From Lama glama (Eukaryota), in assembly GCA_028534125.1 (NCBI GenBank), contig CM052850.1:26164001-26228000 (forward strand): DNA of 64,000 nt, written 5' to 3'. The position numbers and the translations under genes are program-made. The first letter of the stretch is position 1; the number at the start of each line of letters is the position of its first letter. Of the stretch, positions 47,389 through 59,625 are shown piece after piece. The notes beneath the pieces were generated by a model. That model searched no databases. It was not told the DNA's origin and saw nothing but the letters and a program-made list of their open reading frames with translations.

Positions 47389-49569
47389 GGTAAAGTCTCA
47401 TCTGAGGCCTTTGCTGGTCCCCAAAGTGGATGCTGACTTCAGTCTTCAGGCTGCAGGGCCCTCGGTCGTGCAGGCCCGTCCTGACTTCTGTGCTGGTCCC
47501 CACCTGAGCCAGGTCACCCTCCATACGAAGTGCTCACGGGGTGCAGTGCAGTTGGGCTGGACGAGCAGGTGGGAGTCGGCATGTCTGGGTGTCCAGGCTG
47601 GCCGTGCTGCTCCCGGACGAGGCCCCAGGGCTGCCGCCCTCAGGACAGTCAGGGGGGAGTCACACCTCCTCTGTCTGCCTGGGGAGGGCGACCTTCACCA
47701 TGGCACCCGGACTGAGCTGCTCCCCCCCATCCAGGGACCTCCTGGCTGCTCGGCCTCCGCCCCCAGCAGACAAGGGAGTGCAGGCTGCAGAGAAGCACAG
47801 ATCTTCAGGTACAAGCACCAGGCTTTGTTCCACCAGCATGCTGACGGTCAGGCAGGAGGGGCCTCTCGGGCCAGTGCCGGGAACTCGGGCAAGAGGCGCA
47901 GAGCAGGGGAAGGAGGCAGAGCTTCTCCCGGACAAGCGCACCATCCAGAGACTGACCAGGACTCAGGCCACCCTGGGCTCACCCTGCCCTCCTCAGCGTC
48001 TGGGTCTGGGCGCTGCCTCCTCATGGCCCTCTGTCCCCACATCTGTCCCCTAGGATGATCAAAATGCTAACCCAACCAGCCCCCACTCCACCCAGCCCAG
48101 CTCAGGGGGCTTCCCTGGGCGGCTGAGACTCCAGGGACAAAGGCCAGAGTGCCCCCCAGGTCCACCACACCCCCTGGTCCTCTGCTGCCCGGTGCCCTCC
48201 CTCCCGTTGTGACCCGTCACCAGCACAGGGTACCACCCCCTCCTGCCCCCACCCCCGCTGCCTCTCAGCACCTCCCCTGCCTTCCTGTATGAGGACTCTC
48301 CTTTCCTGAGTGCTCCCAGGTCAGGACTGTCGGGTGAGCACTTCCCTGCAGGTCCCAAGTGGGGCCCAGGGCCAACGGGTGCACGGGGAGCCCTCCTGTC
48401 CTGCCCCAGGAGGTCTGGAAGCGGCCCCTGCCCGTCTCCTGCTCCCACGGCAAGGGCGCTCCTGCCCTGCCCCCTCTGTGGACTTTTCTCTGCCCAAGTA
48501 AACAGAAGAACGCCCAGGGCCACACCCTCCCCCAGCCTCCTCCTGCCATGTCCACCACATTCCGTGCTCAGGGGAAGCCTGGGGGTCTGAGCACCCCAAG
48601 TGCCAGGAGGCTGCAAGTGCACGTGGACAGTGAACAGGACAGATGGGCAGCCGGGAGTGGGCTGAGCAGCAGAGTGGGGTGCAGGCTCCTGGGCCCAGAG
48701 GTGTCTTCCTCATTGCACCAAATGCACCTTTGTTCCCTTCCCATCTGGCTCACCACGAGGTCCCCGGATGACGAAGAACAGAAGTCCTCGCTTCTGTTTT
48801 ACTGCCACAGGAAAATGCAGCAAACAGCCCGTCCGCCTGAGGCTCCACCCAGCCGCACACCCCACGCTCCCGGTGAGCCGTGAACTCAGAAGTGGGAACC
48901 AGGAACTAACTCGTCACCGCCTTCCTCACCCCGAACGCCAGACCCCTGCCTGGGTCTTTCTACTGGTGCTACAGGGTGACTTCCAGTCCAGGAGTTTGTT
49001 TCCAGACGCCAAGCCTCTGCTGGAATTTGTGCTTGAGGCTCAAGGCGGCCCCCAAAGGCGCTTGGGCGCTGGGCCATCTGCAGCCCCTGCCCCGAGCACT
49101 GCCTCATCCGCCAGATAAAGCAGGGTCCCAGCCTCGGCGAACCACAGCAGCAGAACTGGGCTTCCTCTTTTGCCCAGAAGCCTGGGGACATGATGCCCAG
49201 AGAGGACCTGGAAGTGTGACTTGTGGTCCCCAACAGTCCTGGGGACACGGAGAGCCACAAGGATGAGCCAGCAAGCCCTGATTCCATAGAACACACGGCC
49301 TGGTGCCTGGCCCACCTGGCCCGGCCCCTGGGCACCCAGTATGCTAGGAGCTGAGACGCGGTCCAGAAAAGAAGCCTCTGCCAACCCCTCTGAGCTGCCC
49401 CCAGTGAGCTGGGCCCTCAAACGCCACATCCTAGATGGACACCCAACAATCATGAGCGTCCACTTCCTCCTGCCCCTCCCTTGGACACAGAGACTCTAGG
49501 TGCGGGGACGTGGAACGCTGGGGGCCTCTGGGGAAGCATGCCCACAAGCCCTGCACTGGCCCTCTGGAC

Positions 49570-49715
49570 TTGGAACTTGGCAGAAAGCTCCAGGGGCCTG
49601 TCCACCTGCCTCCTGAGCCTCTCCCAGCCTCCCTGTCCTCATCTGGAGAATGGGACAGTAAGGGAACCCACCTTCAGGGCCGCCCTGAGGCCAAATGCAA
49701 TCCACCTGTGAGCTC
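49570..49715 (+). mobile_element. MIR fragment
   Basis: cctctcccagcctccctgtcctcatctggagaatgggacagtaa..ccttcaggg. Confidence 0.5.
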
Positions 49716-52699
49716 CGGTCAGGGCTGCATTATCACCCCTCCCCCACCCAGAACAACTGTCTGACCCAGGGACAGAGTGACAGGTGACAAGCACCTTCCA
49801 CAGACAGTTTTGTCCAGGAAGTGCGCTCGTGGCCACGTTCCCACCTTTATGTGTTACAGAGTTCAGGACCCCACTCCCAGAGGTTTGGGAGGTAACACCA
49901 GCCGCCCACCGGCAAAGCTGCGTCTGTTATAACAGCCAGACAACGTCCAGTGGCTTCTAGAGGGTCTCAAATGACAACGACCCCCCTCCCAGCTCTGCCC
50001 AGGGTGATGGGACGGGGGGAAGAGGCTGGTCTTGGGCCTGTGTGACCCAGACAGGGCAGAGGTGCTCCTCCTCCCTGGCCCTGATCCCAGGTGGCCCCCA
50101 GCCGCAGGTGGCGCCTCTGATGTCAGTTACAACGGCACCTCGTATGCCTGAGGCTGTGTCTAGGTGAGGGTTCCCACATCTGGAGCATGAACCCCTCGAC
50201 AGCACCCAGAAGTCGCCAGCAGTCCCTGCAGGTGTGGGAGGAACGCTGACAGGCGGGCTGGGGACGAGGGCCACAGACAAAGGGAGGCCAGTCGGCTGCT
50301 GTCTGTGGGGGAGGAGGGAGGGCCCTAGGCCGACGCAGGCTCCCCTCATGGGGCTGACACCCTGCAGCTCTGTGGGCAGCTGTGAAGCGGGAAAGTCCTC
50401 CCACCGGGCAGGCCGTCCCGCAGACTCGGACAGTGAGTGTGAGCGCTGAGTGCGGCCGGGCAGGGAGCCTGGTCCGCCCGTGGACTTGTGCGGCTGTGAG
50501 CAGGGGACAGACCACCAGCCGGGAGAGCAGCGCCGTGGGCAGGACGGGGTGGCCCCTGAGGGTGCCACTAGTGAAGCACCTACTGTGTGCCAGCTCTTCA
50601 GCCGGCCCACGCTCTGGATTCTGAACACACACGTGCGCACACATGCGCACCGACTGGCATGGGGACTCAGAAGGGTTCCCCAGCGCTGCGGAGGCCAGGC
50701 TGAGGAGGAACAAGGCCACCTCAGACTCGACAGGCTGATGGCCGAGAGCCACGACGGCTCCAGGTGGCACGGGTCTGCCTCCCCCCACGTCACCCTCCCC
50801 TGCTGCCAGGACTGGTGCTGGAAGCTGGCCCCCCAGGCGACAGCCTTGCTGGCTTGGACCTTGTGGATTAGTGACCCAGCCTGCCGGCATTTCCAGATCC
50901 TTGCGTAGGAAGGAAAATTAATTTCTTCCAGTCATGCAGAAATGAAAATATGTGGACCCAAATCAGAGAGATTTCCTGGAGGTGGTAACTCAATTACGCG
51001 CATAACCTGGTGACAGAGGAAGGGCTGGTGGGTGGCCCGAGGCAGCTCCAGAGGGTCCTGGCTGGGCCTGCAAGAGACCAGGTACCACTTCCCTTCCCCC
51101 ACTCACACATGGATCAAGGCACCTCCAGAGAGAGCCAGGTTCCGCTGGAAAACTGGTCCTAATGTGATATTCCCTCCCGCCCTGTGCCTGCCGAGCTCCC
51201 AGGGAGCACACACCACATCTGTTCCTGCATTCATCGTCCCTGCCCTCCACTCCCTTTCGTCCTTTGAGTGGCCTGGCCACGGAGCCCCAGTCAGCCAGGC
51301 TCTTCAGGGACTGAGCTATGGGCCGCACAGGACAGAACCCTCTCCCTGCCCCCCCCACTGCCCCAAGGACAGAAGGCAGGAGAGGGGTGACACAGCTAGA
51401 CCCCAATGCCTGTCACAGCACCAGTCCTCCCTGAGTGTGCCCAGGGAGTGTGGGCAGCGCCTTCCCGCCTCTTCCCCGGCCCGAGAAAGGACGCCAGGGG
51501 TTGCCTGGACCCCCGCAGGGTGCCAACCTCAAGAAGTTTCTAAAACCTTGCTACAACTTGCAAGAGCCACGGCGCAGGGACACAGAACAGCTGCCCTCCC
51601 TTTGTGCCTGGCCAACCCCTGTCCTCCAAGGGTGGCCGCCCTGGGAACCTCCTGTTTCTGGGTCCAGGGGCGGAAACTCACACCCAGTTAGACATAATGG
51701 TTCGGCATCCTGGCCACCCATCAACGACGGTGCCTGACAGTTGCTCAGATCGCCACCCACAGGAGCACAAGGTCTCTATTCCCAAAGGAAATAGTCTTCT
51801 CTGTGGTCTCTGGAAGAGGCCTGAAGGCTGTCAGCCTAAGCCCACGTGGGGCGGAGTAGTTTTTTTTTGATGCGGTGGGTGGGGCGGCACGGGTCTCCAC
51901 CCTGCCAGGGGTCCTCCCACTCCTCCTAGCACACACGCTCCTCCCAGGGGCGGAAGGAGGGACAGCCTGAGGCTGTGTGTTCAGAGCCCAGGGCTCAGAG
52001 TGTGGCTTGCCACCAGCTCTGCTGCCTTCTGCTCCACGTAAGCCCGTCTAGGGCTGAATTTCCAGCCATCTGTCCCTCCACGTCGGCTCACACCTCCCTC
52101 CCCGCCGTTCCCACAGCCTGGCTCCGGGCCTGCCCAACACGCAGATGGACGGTTCCCAAAGCGTGTGAGCAGAATGCTGCCACCGGCTGCGCCCGAGGCC
52201 CCCAGGCGGTCAGGATCCAGGGATGGTCGTTTAAGACCTTCCCCCCACCTACAGGGAGTGAGACAGGACTCCTGAGGTCTCCAGACAGCTTAACCCCAAG
52301 GCTGCCTAATCGCCCCTGCCTAGGCGGCAGGTCCAGGGACCAAAACAAGAGGGAAAGGGGCTAGAGGGAGCGCAGGCGTCCTCCCCAGTCAGGTCAGAGA
52401 CAGTTCTCTCTCTCCTAGGGTCACACTGTGCACCCCCATCCAGTCCTCTGCCACCTGGCCCGGCCTCTTCGTCAGGAAGTGCGGACACCGCAATGAACTT
52501 GCTGGACTTCCCACCTTCCAGAAACAGGTCCCACCTTACGTCTGACCACACCCCTGGCAGGTCAGGCCCTGGCTCACCTAGGGGGCGGTCAGTGGGTGGG
52601 CGCTGAGTGGGCTGGCCCCACCCCACCTGGACTCCAACTTTGCAAAGTGGGGAAGGGGCGCTCTGCACGGCTGCAGGGAGACTCCGAGACCGGAGCTGC

Positions 52700-53990
52700 A
52701 GGAGGATTCGGGGTGGCAGCGGCGGCAGCGCGCGGGACGGGGCACTTACGGTCAGGAGGTCCGCAGGAAGGGAGGCGCTCGCACTCTCGCGACCCGGCTC
52801 CTGAAGCGGCTTTGCCTTCGAACTCCGCCCCTGCCTCCGTAACTTGGGGGCAATCGGCGCGCTGTCTTCTAGTGCCGCGCCAGGCTCAGGCGCGCGGCGG
52901 GGCCGGGGCGCGCGGGGCGGCCGCTCGCTCCGCCCGCCCGGCTGCCCGCGCGGGAACAAAGCGCGCACGCCGCCCCGGGCGGCCTCCGGCCTCCGCGGCC
53001 CGCGCCCGCTCCGGCCGGCGCGCCTTTGGCTCGCAGGCGACGGCTCCGGCTGCCGCGCGCTCGCCCCGGCGTCTCACGGGGCCCCGCGGCCCCCGCCCCG
53101 CGCGCCCCGCCTCCGCCTCCTGCCCCCCCCCGCCGCCGCCGCCGCCGCGCCACCTGCCTCCCGCTCGGCGCCCATCGCGCGCAGCTCCGCCCCGGGGCGC
53201 CGGCCGCGGAGAGGGGCCAGGGTTCCGTGCGGGGCCGGCGCGGGAGAGGGACTCCAACGCCGAGGGCCGACCCCGCCGCCCCAGCCACTCGGGCGCCCGC
53301 GGATCCCGGGGCGCGCCCTGAGAGCTCGGCCGAGGGCGCGGGCCAGCCGCGGGGGCCAGGGGCTCTAGGGCGCAGCCGGTGGCCGGGAGCGCGAGTGGGA
53401 GTGCGGCGGCTGCGCGGGCGGGTGTGAGCGGGGGGCCGGGCTGGGAGCGCGGGCGCTGTGGAGAGAGACGCTCGCTGCTCCGTAGGCAGGAATGCCCGCG
53501 AGGGCACCGTGGGGTGCCGCTGAGCCGGGAGCGCTGAGTGGGCGGGAGCGCGGGGCGCCGTGGGTAGGGCGCGGGTGCCGCGGGGAGAGCGGTGAGGGAG
53601 CCGCGCAGGGAGCCCGGCGGGCCCCTGGCCCACGGCCACCCCCGCCGGCTCCGCAGGCCGCGCCCTGGGCGGGCTGGTGGGGGTCTGGCGCTGAGCGCGC
53701 CGCCGCGCACACCCACCTCAGAGCAGTCGGCGGGCGCCCGCCTCGCAGTTTTAGAGCCGCGGCTTCTGGCGTCCGGGCGGGAGGCGAGCGGCAAGCGCCC
53801 CTCCTCCGACCGCCGCGCACCCCTGCCCGCCGCACGCCGCCCGCCGCCCGCCGCCCGCCGCGTGGGCCGGGCCGGGGCCGCCTCCGCGCTCAGCCCGCAG
53901 GGGGCGCCCTCCCGCCGCGCCCTGAACCGCGCGCCACGGCGGCCTCGGCCCCGCGCTGACCGAGTGACCGAGCGGACTGGGGGAGCGTAG
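52700..53990. promoter_or_regulatory. CBFA2T3: CpG island, probable promoter/first exon of the short (MTG16b-type) CBFA2T3 isoform
   Basis: ~1.3 kb of very high GC and CpG density with many GC boxes, ~29 kb upstream of exon 2. Minus-strand donor-like CC|GTAAGT at 52750/52749. The isoform assignment is by analogy with human. Confidence 0.8.
53894..53907 (+). promoter_or_regulatory. CTCF-like motif CCCGCAGGGGGCGC
   Basis: 13/14 match to the CTCF core CCAGCAGGGGGCGC, at the edge of the CpG island. Confidence 0.45.
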
Positions 53991-54734
53991 GATCCCGGCT
54001 CACTGCCTCTGGCCTTGGGTATTTGCTTGTCTCTGCATTTATCTGCATCCCATTCTTTCAACGTCAAGCTGCTGCCCTGGCCCCTGAGCGCTGCACTCCC
54101 CCCTCCCGGGACTCTCGCCTACCTCCCCACTCTCTGCCTTTCCCTAAAGTGCCTTGCGGCATAGCTGATGCCCTGCCTTTCCTCTTTCTTCCTCCACAAT
54201 TCACATAGACTGTATTTCCTCAGGACAAGATGAGGTCCCAGGGTCACAGTCTTAGGAAACAGAGGCCAGAACTTCAGAACAGTAGGGCCCTGATTTGCAT
54301 CTCATTTGGCATAAATCTGCACGTGAAGGTCCACGGTCTGCAATTCCCAAGTACAAATTCAGGCAGTGTGCCGAAAGGTACCCTCCTCCTTGACTGAGCC
54401 CTGCCCACCGGGTCCAGCTGGGCCGAGGAAGCCGAGGGAACACAAGGCAAAGGCTCTGAGGTGCAGGGACACCCCTGCCCCATCCCCGCAGGGGCACTGG
54501 GCATGGGCCCGTCGTCTGGGTCACCAACGAGCCACGTGGCCCCCACCAGTCCCTTGACCTCCTGGGCCTCTGTAGAAATCAGAGCAGTGTGGTGAAGCAG
54601 CACAGATGTCTGGCGCCTGGCTTTCAGAATGGGCTCGGGTGAGACTCCTCCTGTCCTGAGCCCATTTCACAGAAGAATGTGGATCTAAGACAACCATCCC
54701 AGACTTTATGCACCAATATTTATCAACACCAGCT

Positions 54735-54865
54735 CCTTTACTTCATGGACTCTGAGGCACTGTTGACTTTAAGTTGCAACATTATTTTATGAACCAGAAA
54801 GAAGAACATGGTCCTGTTATAGTCTGGAGATGCCTCTAGATTTCAGGGAGGTTAATATGCACAAA
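54735..54865 (+). mobile_element. TcMar-Tc2 (Kanga/MER104-like) DNA transposon remnant
   Basis: tacttcatggactctgagg..taagttgcaacattattttatgaacca..gatttcagggaggttaatatg resembles the recalled consensus ends. Confidence 0.45.
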
Positions 54866-55630
54866 GGCAGGCCAGATCGGGCACTGAGCAGCAGCCAGCC
54901 AGCCTGCAGCCAGCCTCAGGGGCTCTCAGCCGGGCAGAGAAATAGACACCATCCCAACAGCCATGAAACTTCCACAGAGCATCAGCAGAAGCTGGGTCCA
55001 ACCTGGGCCTGGGGTCCACTGCAACTCGGCCCCTACAAACCACACAGCGCTGTCAGGTCATTGTGTTAAATTACCAACTGCAATGTCTCATCTAAGCAGG
55101 GTGTTGGAAACCACTGGAGACATGACAGATCCCAAGACACCAAGGATAAAACCGCAATCATCAGAGACCACGCTCTGGGCCCTGAGCCACCCTGAAGGCT
55201 CCCACGCCCCTGCCGGGGAGAACCGAGCGCTGTCCTGACTGGGCCAGACGGCCACGCAAAGTCGCGATGGGACATGGCGGCAGCTGCCACACTGAAGAGG
55301 GTTTGCCCGAGGCAGGCAATGACCTGAGCATGAGCTCTGCATTCTCGCACTGAATTCTCACCCACCTGCCAGACACTGGAAGCCCCGTGTTACAGGTGAG
55401 GGGACGGGGGCTCCAGCAGGCTGCACGGGCACGCAGCCCCGGACGGGCGGAGGCTGAGTGCCCTCGCCGCGCTCGCCTCCCTCGCCTCCTGTGGGCTGGT
55501 GTCTCGCTCTAGAAACGGCTCAGGCAAATTCCTGGGTCTTCAGCAGGGCTGGAGTCCCACCAGGCCAGCCTGGCCCGGGCGTCCAGGCCATCAGCCACTG
55601 CAGACCACTCCTCAAAAACAATTCTGAGCC

Positions 55631-55770
55631 GGGGGAGGGCACAGCTCAGTGGTAGCACGTGCTTAGCATGCACAGGGGTCTATGTTCAATCCCCAGTACC
55701 TTTGTTAAAAAAAAATTCAACCTAATTACCCCCCAAAACAAAAACAGAAATCACGTCATGTTAAAAAAAC
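55631..55770 (+). mobile_element. tRNA-Ala-derived SINE, camelid Vic-1-like, with TSD
   Basis: GGGGGAGGGCACAGCTCAGTGGTAGCACGTGCTTAGCATGCAC...GTTCAATCCCCAGTACC (A box, AGC loop, B box), then an A-rich tail. Flanking duplicate AATTCTGAG at 55620-55628 and 55774-55782. Confidence 0.85.
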
Positions 55771-56009
55771 AATAATTCTGAGTAATGATGGGCTTCCTCA
55801 AACATGTTTCAGTCACATCTAAAAACCTGCAGCCGAAGTTGAAATAGCTGCGAAGAGCATAAAATCTGACACACAGCAAACATGGATATTTCAAAATAAA
55901 AGGGTGGCTGATGGGCTAGGAGCTACAGTGTTGGGATAGCCACCGTTCTCCACTTAAAAATACATGAACAAACTCTTCTCTGACACCTGAATTGTCCCAG
56001 CTCCCTAGG

Positions 56010-56098
56010 TGGCACAATGAGTTTTGAGATACAACACCAGAAGTGTGATCTATGAAAGAAAAATTTGGTAAGTTGGACTTCATTAATATTTAAGCCTT
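56010..56098 (+). mobile_element. Short L1M fragment
   Basis: aatgagttttgagatacaacaccagaag..atgaaagaaaaatttggtaagttggacttcattaa. Confidence 0.6.
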
Positions 56099-56809
56099 CC
56101 GGTCTGTGGAAGACAGGGCTGCAGAGTAAGGCTGTGCAGGGAGTGCACTGCACCTGCGAGCGGGCAGGGAAGGCAGGTGCGGCTGCGCTGGGGGCCACCT
56201 TTGCACCCACAAAAGCAGCTCTGCCTGTCACCACGGGGCCCCTGAAAAGCTCATCTGAAGCCATTGCTGACTGCTGGCTCCTTCCCCTGAGACAGGATGA
56301 GGAGGGCTGGCAGACCCCCTTCCTCCCCGTGATTCTGTGTGGTCAAAGGCCACAATTCGGGAAACAGGACCCCAAAGCATGTACCAGGCTGCTCACAGGC
56401 AGGCTCCCCCTGGGTGTTCGGACCTGCTCTGCAGGTGGGGTTGCCCCCAGGTGGGCAGGCGGAACTGCTACCTGGATTCTGGGAATGGGAAACGGGCTCT
56501 GCGAGGCGAGGTGCTTTGCCCAGGGGCCGCGCACTTCTTATTTGGTTACCCCAGCAGGAAACAGGTAAAGGCCAGGAAACCGCTGGGAGGTGCTGCCAGG
56601 GGGCTTGGGCAGTGGAATGGGAGCTAGACCGGGAGGGACAGAGTCAACAAAAGCAGCCGTCCACCAGGGCCGGAGAGGTGGGAAGACACACACTCATGCG
56701 GCAGCTCCTGTCCCTACTGGTGGGGCTACTCCTGGCACCCTCAGTCCCCACCCCTGTCCTCTCAAGCAGGGGGAACACAGATGACGGTGGTGATGCCTGG
56801 AGGTCTGGA

Positions 56810-56945
56810 GCCAGTGGGGGTGCACAGAAGTGGGGGCAAGGGGATGTGGGCGGGGCGTGGGAGTGGGGTGGGGTGGGAGTGAGGGATGGGAGTTGGGGAC
56901 AGGAGTGTGGGGTGGGAGCAGGGACTAAAGATGTGGGCGGGGTGC
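56810..56945 (+). repeat. G-run-rich low-complexity tract (G-quadruplex potential)
   Basis: More than a dozen GGG/GGGG runs with short loops. Confidence 0.7.
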
Positions 56946-58369
56946 AAGGACACCTGCCACTGGCCAGGCTGGACTTCTGTTCCTCCACGGGGCTCCAGGG
57001 AGTTCCCTCCACCTGGCCCAGGGCTCCTCGGAACCCTAGAGTCCTGGGAGACGTCTGTGGGGCTCCCACCCATCGACTCCAGGTCATTTGTTTTTACTTC
57101 TGCCCAAGCTTCAGTAAGGAGCACCAAGTAAACAATCAGGATGGCAGTCACGTTGTGAGAATTGTGAAGTCAAGTTCTCTGGGCCAAGTCATTAATTATC
57201 CTGCGTGCAAAGCCAGGCAGCTAAGATCCCAGCTCCTGGCCAGGCCAAGCGCAGCCCTGGCTGGGAGGCCTCCGAGGAGCTCTCCTGTGGAGGGAGGGCA
57301 GCCACCTGGTGTCTCCCACCCATGCAGGTGCAGCGCTAGGTGCTTCAAAAATGCCTTATTCATACCCCGGGACAACCCCTGTGCAGGTTATGAACCACCT
57401 TTCTGCAGAGGAAACCGAGGCCCAGGGAGACGAGAGCCTGCAGGGGGAGGTGGGGCTCGGGCAGCGGGGGTGGTGAGCCCGGCCCACGCTCCCCTTGGCT
57501 GCACTGCACTGCCAGTCCGCCCCATTGGCTTCCGTCCTGTTATCTGGCGTGTCACACCCTGTCACCTCCTGGCCGGCCTGCCAGCCAGCCTGGCCACACT
57601 GTGGGTGACGGTCACAGGAAGGAGGCGTGGAAGGGCAGCCCATCTGCTTTCCAGATCACAGGGAGGAACCAAAAGTGAGGCAGCTTCAGAGGTGCTGGGC
57701 ACTGCCCACAAGACTTTGATGTGGCCTCAGGACCCTGGGCAGGGCAGGGCTCCAGCAGTGGCCCCTTGGCGGGCTCCTGCCTGCGGGGACTGGACGCCTT
57801 CTCTGTGGCCGCCTGTGTCCTGTTCCCAGTGCCCTGGAGAGCTACTGGGAAGTTAGAGAGGGGAGGCTTCCACAGGCTTCTCACCGGGGTGCCCCAGGCC
57901 GGACGGCTGCGGGGAGACACGGAACCTCACTGGAGATGGAATGCCTGTGGGCTAAAAAGGCAGGTACGGCTCCTCACCGAGAGAAAAGGCCGCCCTCAAA
58001 AGTGAAGATGTGTGGCGTGGGCCAGGGTGCTGGGACCACAGTGGTTACCTCGGGCTCTAAATAGATCCAGCAATTTCCACACGTGGGGCAGTCCTCGCCG
58101 ACGTATTCACTCCTCCCTTCCCTCACTCTACAAGCCTGAAGGCAAGCGCCTGGGCTCGCAGGGCCTCAGGTTCCTCTGCAGAGACGGAGTAACAATTGCC
58201 GGCTGGACCCCACGTTTGCAGTGTGGCCCAAACACCACTTCCTGGCTCTCTCTCTCGTCTTTGCTCAGTTTCAGGTGAAAGCAGGCCCAGCGGGAAGGCG
58301 ACCTCCGTGCACACTGGAGGGGGGCCCGTTGGGCTGAGGTGGCGCTGAAGACCCCGGAGAGCCACGCAC

Positions 58370-58720
58370 TCTCCCACGGACGGTGGCAGGACACCTGGAC
58401 CCCATTTGGGGAAAAAAATGGATACATTCCTTACTTCACTTGGAAAAGTTGACTCCACCGTGTTGAAGAATAAAATGTGAAAAACAAAACGGTGAAAAAG
58501 TATTAGAAGAAAACACAGGTCATCTGTGTATCTGCTTATAACAAAGGAAGCCCAGAAACCCAGGAAAAAGACGGACAGACTTGACTGTGTAACTGCCAAC
58601 AACTGGACCAAAAGATTTATGGCACCATGTTCATAAATCCACAGAGAAGCAGAGAATATAAACACACAAAGCAAAAATGAGCAAAGTACATGAACAGGTC
58701 CACGGCAAAGAAGAAATACA
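58370..58720 (+). mobile_element. Old L1M (L1ME-like) ORF2 3' fragment
   Basis: A-rich, with aaatgtgaaaaacaaaac..tattagaagaaaacacagg and aaaaatgagcaaagtacatgaacagg blocks. Confidence 0.65.
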
Positions 58721-58959
58721 CTTTCAGGGATCTCCTTCAAAACCTCCCCTGAGCATTAGGCCCATTTCTCAGGCTCTTATGATAACAAAACAGTCCTTGC
58801 GCTGCGGCACTCGCCCTGCTGGGGCGCTGCCTGAGTGACAGCCCACAGCCCACCTGCTGCCTCCGTGGAGGTGGGGGGGACACCCAGCGCTCAGGGAGGC
58901 GGGCCCTCCCGCGAGCTCACGTGCACCTGTCTTCCCTCCACGCACATACGGCGTTTCTC

Positions 58960-59080
58960 TGTGCTTCACCTGGTCTCTACGTCTCTTCCCCAGGGCAGGG
59001 TGCGTCCATCTGTTCCCCATGCATCCCCAGGGCCTCACAACTGTTCACCTGCAGTGAGTATCTGTTGAATGACTGCATGA
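58960..59080 (+). mobile_element. L2 3' end fragment
   Basis: agggcagggtgcgtccatctgttccccatgcatccccagggcctcaca..cagtgagtatctgttgaatgactgcatga. Confidence 0.5.
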
Positions 59081-59344
59081 CCTCATTTAACTTTCACACA
59101 GCTCTCTGAGACACGTCGTCATTCTCATTTTAAGTTATTTTCACCTTCCTTTTATCTGCATGTTTGGATTTTTTATAGGCATTTCTTGTTTTATTTTCAC
59201 TTTGTTAGGTAAGGAGAGATATCAGTTGGTTTTCAAAGTGCATTTGCTGGACACAATCAGGGTGGCAGCCCCGGGCCAGGCCTGTGGCTTCTCAGTCCCT
59301 GCTCTGGTCACAGGCTGCTCCTCGGCCCCAGGTGGGCAGCTCAC

Positions 59345-59625
59345 CCCCTCGGCGGCACTGGCTGGACCAAGAGGAGAGCATGTGACCCAGCTGGGCCAGT
59401 CCCAGTCCTTCCCTGGGATTCTGGAGCTAGACCAGGAGGGGACCTTTCTCCGCTTTGCCCAGGAGCCACCCCCAAAGCTGCCCGGGGCATCTGCTGGGGA
59501 GCAGGAGAGGGCTTGCCCTGAGCACATGCTGGCTGGACCCCGGGTCCCTGCAACTAGTCCTGTTCTGCCCTTGAGCCAACACACCCGTCTGCCTGAGCTC
59601 CAGGGCAGGGCTTCTGTCACAACCA
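59345..59625 (+). mobile_element. Old ERVL-class LTR fragment (LTR16/LTR33-like)
   Basis: gcatgtgacccagctgggccagtcccagtccttccctgggatt and the 3' end gggcttctgtcacaacc. Confidence 0.45.

Noticed and set aside
52306-54067. Multiple long Arg/Ala/Pro/Gly ORFs on both strands
   Set aside because: Typical CpG-island artefacts.
55631-55705. tRNA-Ala(AGC) gene
   Set aside because: Acceptor and T stems do not pair properly, and it has an A-rich tail and a TSD, so it is a SINE.
56339-57856. 505-aa plus-strand ORF
   Set aside because: No recognisable domain. It crosses a G-rich low-complexity tract and a MIR-like fragment, and starts at a non-ATG codon. Expected by chance at this GC content.
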